Assembly: GCA_040954595.2 (NCBI GenBank)
Contig: CM082583.2
Coordinates: forward strand, 4,331,374-4,395,373
Length of the DNA stretch: 64,000 nt
DNA from: Balanoglossus misakiensis
Lineage: Eukaryota > Animalia > Hemichordata
Reading direction: 5' to 3'
This document shows, piece after piece, positions 50,552-64,000 of this stretch; position 1 is the first letter of the stretch; each line of letters begins with the position of its first letter. Made by a program: the position numbers and the translations under genes. The notes beneath the pieces are model-generated. The model saw only the letters and a list, made by a program, of their open reading frames with translations. It ran no database searches and was not told the origin of the DNA.

Positions 50552-52724
50552 AATAAAGAGCTACAAAAGAATTTGAAACATATTAAATATTAACTGTGCC
50601 CAAGTTGCAGATAGCTTATCTTGGTATAAATTAGCCTTTAGGTAAATAATCGCAATCTGGAAACAAAGGAGAACGCACAGCACGGCCAAAAATGACCATG
50701 ACCGAAATGATCAAGGGGCAGTGGCTTCCAAATCAAAGAGAATGGGTTTGATCTCTTTGAATGTGCCCTTGCTGAGACAAAGATATTGCATGAAAAAGAA
50801 AGACGAACAGCAAAAAGGTTCAAGGTGATTCGTGTGACAGTTAAGGACCGACCTTGGACGACCCACGTAGGGAAAAAAATATCGCATATGAATTCACATA
50901 TTTTGACTAAAAGTAAAATACGTGACATTTTCTTTTCAGCTGCGCAATAGACGCACAGATGTGATGTTTGGCAATGGTTCAAATAGTGACGCAATAATGC
51001 AGTGGCCGCATCATCGCTGTAAAAAATCACGTAAACAACAACCACACGTACAGTCAAACGATATTCGAAACCCAGAATCACAGAAATTATTCAGTCGCGG
51101 CGGTCAACCGCTAGTCCGCTTTGTGTGATACATGTTGTACCACACATCACATTCATCGTTATTGTCAAGTGATGAAGCGCTAAAAGATAATCGCCGGCAG
51201 AACCACAGTTTAGATGGACACCGGCGGAACTAAAGATCGTGAAAGTTACCGTTTGATCGCAGTCAGAGATGATTGTTCTTCATAGCAAAGATGTCCGACA
51301 ATCTCCTACGACGAGTAAATCGAAAAACTCAAGTACCAAGGACAGTTTGTTTACATATATTTCGCGCGGACCAGTCACGAGACGAGTGTATGATCGGTGA
51401 CCGGGTTGACCTCCGGCTCATTAAAATATTACGGACAATCCATTGTATCAGTATCACACAACATGCGTTGCCATACCTACCTGTATTTTCTGTGCTGTTG
51501 ATCAGGTGACAGGTGATAAAATGGTACCATCTGTAGATATTCCGTTCATAATGTCATATCATTTCTACTCCACTCCAAAGATATGTAAACTCGTGGATGA
51601 CCATCACCCCATCATGACCTGTCCTCGTTCCACTTTGTCTCTCGGGGTCAAGATCAAAGATTGCATTGTGGGACAGTATTTTGCATACAATAACCGACCG
51701 AGGGCGCTATTCGTCGCCCAAGCAGACGCAGTTCAGTCTCGAATAACGTCATCATTGTAAAGTTTGAGCGGTTTCTAATAGAGAGAATCAAAAGCAACTG
51801 CCCCGAACAAAATTTTGCAGAAAGTTTAAGACTTTGATTTTCGAGGCGCATACCTTAAGGTACTGTGTAGGGGACTACCCGGATGCAGTGCATGCATCAA
51901 TACATAGAGAATTTAGAGAAAACACATTTTCAATTTCTTGAAATTTAAAGTACACAAAATGTGCAAAAAGAGGTCTGAGCTTTATTAATTAATATAGAGA
52001 AAACACCATTTCACCATGCGTGATTTTTATAGAGTTGTTCAGATATTTTCTCCATAGGAAAACTACAATTTTCCAGAAAATTGTAGACCACTGAAAAAGT
52101 AGGATGGGAACACCCTGTTTTCTCTTAATTTTTGTATTTAACATTCATTCATATACAACATAAGCAAATCTTTTTCTGTCCTATTCTTTGTAAACGGCTG
52201 ACAGTTTCCCATGGGAACAGAATGCCATGCCACCACTGGGTAAGAATAGCAGTAAAATCAAATTACATAGACGGTGTATCAACAACCACAATCCAAACCA
52301 ACTCTCAAGAGTTGTGCAAAGTCAAAAACAAAAGTTTTAGTCCATCAAAATTTAAATTCTGTCCATCAAAATTACAGTTGCCTCCACCAAAGTGGGGAAA
52401 TAAAATCTCATGATTAAAGACATTGTCTAGAAAAAAAGTTTAACTTTCATAATAATAAATTTTTGTCAAAGTTTCGTGTATGGGGCCAGCATAGTGCATT
52501 GTCTACATTATCTTATTGATGGTCATTTCCCCCCAAAAAAACTGTTCTCATGTCGATTATCCATGATTCTTTTCCACAAATGTAACCTTTTCCAGCTAAC
52601 ATTGAGCAAACATTGAATAACCTTGATGAACTAAAAACTAATGATAGTGCTGCGCTATGCTGCGCTATAGGCATTAGCGCCCTCAGCGTTTGTTTAGGCA
52701 TATGGCTATTTATAGACTGATGAC

Positions 52725-53465
52725 TGACCTACCTCAAAAGTGACCTCTGGTGTATGCAGTCTCCTGAAATGTTGGCTCATTTCCCGGTCCAGATCCAACT
52801 TTTCGCTTCGGGAATTTGTGCAGACGTTAATGAAGAAAGGAGACCGTAAGTTGATTGATCAAACGTGGTCAAAGATTTTTGTACATTTACTTTTTTATCG
52901 GAAGATTTTCTTCTTATTCTTATCACGGCCTGTTTACTTCCGGTATAGTATTCTTTTGTGATGTTGATAGCAACATGGCGTCGATATATGCGATGTCGGC
53001 GGTGCTTTTATTTCCCGCAATATTGAACAAACCCACAAGAGAACCAACGAATGTGTTTTAAAATCCATGTCAGTTTAATAAACGATTTGTAGAAGTCATC
53101 TATGAAGACGTCTGGCGCTGGGATTTTAGTTTCATGTATTTACAAACGACTGAAAAAAAGTGATGTAATCACCTCACCAAAACAAATCAGATCAAAACAA
53201 AACACTTATACTCAATGTCATGACGAACGCAGCAACTTGAAAATGGCACTCGTTGGTCTTTTCGGTGCTATATTTTGAAATATTAGTAATCGAATTTAAG
53301 AACAGAAAAACATGGTTCACGGAAATCAAAGGAAATTATCCATTAGCTGTCACATTACAGATATTTATTGTGTGTAAAACGACCTCTGATTTATATGATC
53401 CATATGGACGATTAGCCATTGTCTGTATTCACGAACGCGTATTGTCACAATTAATACGGTAACAT
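52725..53465. promoter_or_regulatory. Putative bidirectional promoter and non-coding first exons of FAM169 (-) and MAPK4/6 (+)
   Basis: Minus-strand donor GTAGGT near 52727-52732, ETS-like ACTTCCGG at 52935, YY1-like AACATGGCG at 52972, plus-strand donor GTAACA at 53459; CpG-enriched. Confidence 0.5.
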
Positions 53466-53648
53466 AGGATGAAGGGTTCACACATAGATCAAGGCCAGGT
53501 CAATGGTTCACACGAGTATTTCATTTATATTCTGAAATATTTTCCGTCAAAACCGTTCCTTTTTCTCCTGTATTTGCATATCCTCCCTACCACCATAGTC
53601 AAACTTGAATATCTAACGGGGGGGGGGGGGGTACATGTACCTGCTTTG

Positions 53649-53718
53649 TAGCTCTGTGTGGCAAGGCTGTGTGTCTGTACAGCTACACAGAGACACACAG
53701 GCATGCCATGCAGAGCTA
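53649..53718. mobile_element. TAGCTCTG...CAGAGCTA hairpin element
   Basis: tagctctgtgtggcaaggctgtgtgtct ... agacacacaggcatgccatgcagagcta; same termini as 6688-6771. Confidence 0.65.
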
Positions 53719-53743
53719 CCAGCTTTGTACTGTTATCATGGAG

Positions 53744-53850
53744 TAGCCTGGTCCATGCCTGGTCTCAATGAAGTGTGTTTTAGATACCAGGGGTAGGATA
53801 TGAGAGTGTGAGAGTCTATCTAAAACACACTGGGTATGGAGACCAGGCTA
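53744..53850. mobile_element. TAGCCTGGTC...GACCAGGCTA hairpin element
   Basis: 10-bp terminal IR plus an internal IR agtgtgttttagata / tatctaaaacacact. Confidence 0.55.
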
Positions 53851-53914
53851 TCCATGGAGGTACATTCCTTAATTCAATCATGTAATACAGTGCAATGTTA
53901 CATTAATAATGATA

Positions 53915-53956
53915 CAGTACTTGACAGACCTGTTGCAGTACTTGACAGACCTGTTG
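53915..53956. repeat. 21-bp perfect tandem duplication
   Basis: (cagtacttgacagacctgttg)x2. Confidence 0.8.
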
Positions 53957-54047
53957 TTGTTTATCTAATAGGCTTCTTCACATGTTGTTTTCTCGGCAGA
54001 GCAAAGGGTTTGCTAGTTGCTACACTGAAATCCCAGTGAAGAGGTGA

Positions 54048-57209
<3,162 letters not shown>

Positions 57210-57630
57210 TGACTTGAAAATACTGGCTTGGTTTTGGCATTACAGGGTATCATACTACACATTTCAGTCTTCGGGTGTACGTACAGGAGTTTGATTATTT
57301 GTGTGTGTGTTTGTGAAAACTGACACCCTCTTTGAAAAAAAAATGTCAGGAAGATGGGAAATCTCCCTGTCACCTGAAAACTTTCAGCTTTTGAATCCCA
57401 GAAGTTGTCTCGGGAAGTGGTTTCTTTCTCAGAGAATAGTGGTCAGCTGTGACTTGCCTGAAATAGTTTTGAACATTGCTGCAAAATAATGCCATAGAAT
57501 GTCTGCTCAGTTTGATCAGAGATGTTTTGAAGACACCAAACCTAGCATGCCACTTCATTTAGAGGATTATGTATTTTCGCTTACATGTCTGTCTTGCTTG
57601 TCTCAGTTCACATCGTGAAACTAGAATGAT

Positions 57631-57717
57631 AATATGGGACTTCTGAGTTGTTGAGAAACTGTAACACAACGATTTTTAACTCCGCATGTGCTCACAGAAA
57701 CTCAATAGTCCCATATT
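57631..57717 (+). repeat. Inverted repeat in the MAPK4/6 3' UTR
   Basis: aatatgggacttctgagtt / aactcaatagtcccatatt (17/19 complementary). Confidence 0.5.
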
Positions 57718-60538
57718 TTCATTTCTTGTCCTGGCTTTTAAGTGAAATAGGATATATCCTATTTGATTTGTTTCATTCAGTATGGTTTTATGTTTCATCC
57801 ATGTAATCATTACTTGTTGAACATTCTGTAAAACCTACCTCATCACCATTTCATACTTTTTTCAAGGCAGAGAATTTTCTGACAGACATGGTATTTTTTA
57901 TTATATTTATTCTCCGTCTTCTGAAGTGTGTTGTGGGGAGTGGGTGAAACATTCCAATGCAATCACACACTCCAGCTCAACTGATGACAGTGTGCTGTTT
58001 GATTTTTGCAAAACTCGATTGACATTGGTCACTGTAGTGTAAGTCAAATTTATGCGGCAATTGTCACCAGATTCCAACTTTCGCTGAGTAAGTGTCCTCA
58101 TGAAAATTACTAATCATAGGAACCCAGGCAGTGAGTTGAAAATATGGATTATATTCATATTTGTTAGAAAGTATAATTTGGGTTTTCCACAGTCATTTTT
58201 TTCTTAACACTGACACAATGTCGTAAAACTTCATCATGTTATACCAGAAATTTCCGCCAAGTTTCAAAACTAAATTTGCAACAAAAATGTGTGAAGTTGG
58301 TGATTGCTGAAATACGCAGATGATATTAAAATCGAATTTTTGTTTTGTCTTCTTACTATCCACGTAGCAAATATTTCATTTCTGAGCCTGGCAGCCATTA
58401 TGGCCATTGTTTGACAACTCAACAAGTACTTTTTAGTGTTTTTTGGGGTGTGAAGTCCCAGGCATTTCTGCATATATACTGGAATGTGTTTTATCAGAGA
58501 ATTTCACTATGCTTCAAAAATTCTTATATTTTATGAGCATTTTTGTTTTTACAATTTCATTGTTTGTTATGAAAATTTTTCGGAGCAACTCATGTCTAGT
58601 TGGGCATTTTCTTGCGCTCGTTTAGGACGACTGGTACTCCATCCAACTATTTCTCATGAATGTATGAATTCTTCACTGCCTGTAATTGTGTCAGTACTTC
58701 TGACTGCAAGTACTTGAAATATCTGTGTGTTGTGTCAATTTAAGCTTTGCAGAATCTTTACTGTAGAAAAGATTTACACGTCAACAGCAAGTACATGAAA
58801 TAGAAATACTGTCTTCAACATTGACGTGTTGCAACGAAAATGATCAGTTCTGTCATATCAGATGCAAATGTATTGTTTTATATTTACATACTTAATCAGA
58901 AAAAAAAAACTTTACTCAGGCTTGACACTGTTTATGAGCCTTTGACCGTTCTCATATATATATTATAATAATATATTTGCATAGTATTAGTTCTAGGATA
59001 GAAGTCTATTTATTCATGTTCACCCTATTAGCTTTTTGTACAACTCTTTTGCAAATAGAACTTTATTTTATAGGTGGTTTTAACTAGTAACAAATTAGTC
59101 TGTGTTTCCATCAGAGTTGTGTGGAGTAATGTCATGTGATTCCTGCATTGGTTTGAGCGAAGTGTACTTGGAATGTTGCATGTAACATTTCCCACTGGTT
59201 TTGTGTGACTTGCATGTGAAGGAAATTGTTTTAACTTTCTATAGAAACCAGTCAAGTAGATAGAGAATACCTACAATCGTGCAGGACTGAGAACTATCCT
59301 CTGCTACTAACATAGTTATCTGAAGCTGCATCCTGATAAAGGCTGACCTGAGTTTGTGTCAAATTAATTTTTGCATATTTAGAATTTTTGAACCATTCTT
59401 GAAATCATGTAGTCTGTGCCCAGCCATAAAATGTACACGTGAACTGTTGGGAATTGACAGATGAATTCCTGAAAACTGTTCCATTTTGAGCTGCAACTTC
59501 TATGTGGTGGTAGTGCATGACCTGATATTGTAGTTGGTAGCTGACTTGATACTGACATATCAAAATTGTTCCTTCCATGGATTCCAGTTCTTGAATGATA
59601 TTGTTCATTCACAAATCTGTGTGATCGTATTATCAATATTATTTTGTCTTTATCACAGATTGGACTCCTTATGTTGTTCAGTATTCTTACCATTTGAGCA
59701 TTAAACATTTATGGATCAGTTGTTCATACATCTTGTTTCTTTGGGTTTTTGTGTATGTATGTATGTGTGTGTGTGTGCGCGCGCATGCTTTAGTTTTGTT
59801 CCTTCTTTTCACCCAATTTGCTGTCTTTTCCTGATCTCAGACACAGACTATGGTCGCCGCCATCTTGTCTGTTGCTACGGACAGCACACTGCCTTTATAT
59901 GGCATCGACTGTATACGATTTTTGTAACCAGAATCTCTGGTTTGGCACATGCACATAAGACAATCGTCTCTCTTTATAAGGACATGTATATATATGGCAG
60001 AAAAATAGTGGTGGTGGTAGTGGTATTTTCTTAATTTCCCCAAACAAGAACATTGTGTGTCCTGTCACCCAACTACAATTAGCACCATGTGGTATATCCA
60101 AGCTATCATCTATACACCAATATAAGAACTTGCAGACTGTAGCCATTGGGTCTATTCATCTGGATGATTTTATGAGTGTATATGAAGTTCTTGTCGACTT
60201 TGCGGGGGAAAAAAACAAAAACCCCAAACAAAGTTCTCTGTGGTGGCGCCCTCTGGGCAGATGCATGTCCACCTCTCCTCCGTGTCAAAGGTCACCAAGA
60301 GTTGTTGAAGTAAGGTACACCTAATTACCATACAAACATTGTCCCCGGTGAGGATTGCACTTTTGATTTCACTCGGGAAGACGTCCTTTTCTGAGATACA
60401 AAAGAGAGTCATGGTGCAAAGATAACGAAGGGGGTGTTTGTGCTATTTTCATATCTTCCACCAGCGCTGCCGGACGCCCGGGAAAAAGATTCTTTGGCCG
60501 TGATTTCAACTTCGACTGCTGTTTGGTAGTGTGCAGCT

Positions 60539-63378
60539 ATGTCTGCGTCAGTGAAGCTATTCTGGGTGACTCTCCTAGTGACTTTATTTTACGTCGTTTT
60601 CACGTCTGGTGCTATATACACAAATCAATATGCCGTACACTTACACGGAGGGATGGCAGAGGCCGATCGGTTAGCTTCAAAATACGGATATATTAATTTT
60701 GGACAGGTAAGAAACTTTGAAACTTGGTTGATCTGCGCCACTCTAGACAACTTCCTGTCGAGTGTCAACTGTACTACACACTTCCACGCTGTTGACGTGT
60801 CGACTAAACCCAAGCATTTCCGCAATAGGATGCAAATTGTCAGAAACCTTGTATATAAAGTCAATGACAGTGGCTTGTTGTGAGAGAGGGAAACGTTATC
60901 TGTGTGACGTTACAGATCATCGATGTATTGTATGAATACGTCAATTTTTCACGGTTTCTGAAGTTAATTAATTTACCAGTTTACGTAATTGATAGGTAAT
61001 TATGCACGTCCGTTCAAGTTTCAACTTCCTAATTCCTATCCAAATAGACCTATGTGGCTACTTTTGTCGTTAGCTATGTCTGTTTCTGAGAAAACCGGAC
61101 GACTGTCGCATTGATTCTGTCTGTCTCGCCTACAACTGCCTACTATATTCCCGTGTGCTGGTATTTTCCGGTATTATCATAGGAATGTGTCGTCCATTTA
61201 GTTATCAAGCGTTTGGGTATCAGTTAACACCCAACCACCCTGTCCTCAATTACCAAGTACTCTCGTTCCTTTCATTCGATTTTCTCCAGTTTGGTCATTA
61301 GTAAATATGTATAAATTTCATGATGGTTATAATTTCTTGTCAGAGTGTCGAGTTCTGATTCGGAAAAGCTTGTGTTGTTAAAGGTGACACATCAGGTAAA
61401 CCATGACTCAGAGCAGGAGACATGATCACCTTCAATGTCTTTGTAAACAATTTGACCTAAAAGAACCCACACAAAGGTAAACTACATTAACTTTTCACAA
61501 ATTGAATAATGCTATTTTGGGGGCATCGTCCTGTCAGCTGAAGTAAATCAAAAGCCACGGAGGGGTAAGCTCTCTGATATGCTCAACTTGTAAAAAAAAT
61601 GTGAATTCTGTGAACTGCACATTAGCATTTGCATGGTGCATTAGGAGTCACAGTAGCTCTTTTGTATGTCCCTGATGTCAAAGGTCATTATTTCTTTCTC
61701 CAAGGAAATGCCTGAAAAGCAATACCTTGAGTAGTTTGCATTGCCAGTAATTTTACTCTGGAGACAACAGGATGCTTGAATACATTTTAAAGTGTAAGGC
61801 ATTTCCGGAATAATATTGGTTAAATAAAAAACTCTCCAAATAACATTGCAATATCATAACACTATTTTTTAATTGCCACTATTAGAGATATATTATACAC
61901 ATTTATTTTATTATACAGATAATATTATACAGAATGATGAATTGAAAATGCCAGCTTAACCGAATAACACTTTTAAATGTTGTACATAATAGTTTTTAAT
62001 ACATGTATTAAGCCTCAAAAATAAAATGAATAATGGAAAAGTACTTTTAATTTTTTTTTATGTGTGCTTGAATTATATATTGCAGTGAAAGTCTAGTTGT
62101 GAAGATTTAATATTCACAAATTGTCCTCAGCATCTGTGACTCATTCCTAGCTAGATTGAATCTTTGTGAAATATGGGCATAAAGGTCTTCATAAATTATG
62201 TACTACTACTAGTGTATGGGATGTACATGAATTATTCATAAAGAAATTTACTCATAATTGTGAACACTTTTGTAGTCTGAGGACATTGAAATATGTAAGG
62301 TAACCTTAACACATGACGTGCAAAAATAGAAGTAACATGCTGTTACATGTAGTTTGCAAAATAAATTTAGAAGAATTATGAAATGAAAAAGTTAGCAGCA
62401 GTATTACACACCCTCCATCTCTGTTAGCACTCTGTTAGGTGTTCTAAGGAATGCATGATAGTTTAGCTGCTTATTTGCATAATAATGTAAATAATTATTC
62501 ATGTTAATTGATGTCTATTGTTCACATTTAATTGCTCTGTTGAGAACACTGATTATTTCAACATTTGTATATCTTCCTCCAATGATCTCCTTGCCTATTC
62601 AATAATATGACGTGTAAAAAGGTGTATTCACGAACGATGCAGTGTATTTAGTACTTTCACAAATGTTGCAAGTGACAGTCCAGTAGAATACTCTGCTTCA
62701 TGACTGAAAATAACTTCTGCACTGCACAGATCATGTGTAGAGGTCATGGAATTCTGCTATAAGTCATCCTCAGATCGTACAAAATTTTAAAGATTTGACA
62801 TTGTTGATTATCAGTCACTGCTGCAACCTTACATGGGTGTTGATTGGACAAGCTGTGCATCTATTGTTATGCCAATTGGGGTCATGTTGGGTCAATTTGT
62901 CAGTCATTTGGTGCCCAGGGATTGTATTGAATTGGCAAGTAATTTTTTGTGAATTCGACCGTCATATATAGTGACAACCAGTGTTTTGTTTCTTTTGTGA
63001 GAAGTTGCAAAGGATAATAAAATACCTTGACCATTTGGCTGATAATTCAGAAAATTTTATTTGAAAAAGCAGATGTGACAAAAATTCATGTCAAAAACAG
63101 GAACAAGTGCAAAGAATAGTATTAAAAAAACACCGCACAGTTTAACCAGCCTCAAGGAGTGAAATAAGAAACATGGTTGATACAAAGAATAACATAAAAT
63201 CTGAAAACTAACCCGAATTTACAGATAGTGGACCTTGAACATGTTTACCTGACTGTGTTCTTTTTTTTTCCAGATTGGAACGTTAGAAGACCACTATTTA
63301 TTTGTCCATAAAAAAGTTGCCAAGCGCTCTCTTACACCTAGTCAAGGCGAACATACAGACTTGCATAAAGAACCTGGG
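60539..63378 (+). CDS. Proprotein convertase, PCSK5/PCSK6 (PC5/PACE4)-like; signal peptide and prodomain exons, 3' partial
   Basis: Exons 60539-60706 and 63274-63378 give a signal peptide followed by IYTNQYAVHLHGGMAEADRLASKYGYINFGQ|IGTLEDHYLFVHKKVAKRSLTPS, an S8 prodomain with internal KR site. ASKYGxINxGQIG is closest to PC5 as recalled. The gene continues beyond the window. Confidence 0.88.
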
Positions 63379-64000
63379 GTAAGTTTTATACATGCACGCT
63401 CGGCTGTCATACATGTAATCATACAGACGTTGAAATTACTCTTACACATGTCACTCTCATAATTGTAAAAATGTGATTTAACATTCTTTTAGTGTATTTA
63501 ATTTTGCTGTATTCTCTCATTTTGTCATAATGTTAGAAAGCCCCTGGAGGAAGCTTTTGTGGTGACTTGACCTCAAATGAACTACATAGTTCAAACTGGT
63601 TTGAAACTACATTGTATGCTTTGACATACTGGCACATTAAGCCATTACTCACGCCATTATGGCTGATACAATTCAGTATGTCATTGGTACACGTGTAAGC
63701 TAGTGATGTGTATAATACGAAAAGATCGCTTCTGATGTGCCAGTTAGAGTGCTACCACAGTTCAATGTATCCAATAGCCTTTGGTCTTACTGTCTGAACT
63801 TTAGTCACTTCACACATGTTCTAGCAAAGTCTATCTCGTACAAATTGTGATAATAATGGTGTGTGATAGCAGATATCTTGGTTGGACTATTTATTTAGAT
63901 TGTTTGAGATTTATAATTATACAAAAAATAATGTTAGCAGTCTACATGTAGGGTAAAATAGCTGTAACCATAGCAACTATATTTTTGAGAATATACCACC

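Noticed and set aside
50637-51857. CpG-rich 1.2-kb block with a TTAA-GGTATGCGCCTCG end, possibly a larger non-autonomous transposon
   Set aside because: Only one end is recognisable, there is no convincing matching TIR, and the ORFs inside show no transposase motifs, so boundaries cannot be supported.

Overview
AT-rich, intron-containing eukaryotic genomic DNA, most likely from an invertebrate deuterostome. An acorn worm or similar marine animal is my inference from gene content and repeat types, not a verified assignment. I assembled eight protein-coding genes by hand from GT-AG exons with consistent phases: (1) an 800-codon unannotated ORF on the minus strand that runs off the left edge and is missed by the ORF track; (2) XPA (+); (3) BORCS8 (-); (4) a bifunctional membrane-anchored PAM (+); (5) a GT-B/GT4-like glycosyltransferase-domain plus coiled-coil gene (-); (6) a FAM169-family GNAT-like gene (-); (7) an atypical ERK3/4-type MAPK (+); (8) the 5' end of a PCSK5/6-like proprotein convertase (+). 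There are two apparent head-to-head promoters and many small non-autonomous DNA elements (Kolobok-like TTAA, piggyBac-like, Tc1/pogo-like, small hairpins). The most notable observations are: two adjacent elements whose ~190-nt hairpins have unrelated stem sequence but the same CGAG/CGAG tandem G.A registers and GCA triloop, suggesting selection on a strand-specific ssDNA fold; a GT4-like domain with a degenerate catalytic motif on a symmetric phase-1 exon fused to a coiled coil; an ERK3/4 with SEN/SPE in place of SEG/SPR; an intact acetyl-CoA motif in FAM169; and a likely intronic-polyA soluble PHM isoform of PAM. Family assignments come from recalled motifs, not database searches.
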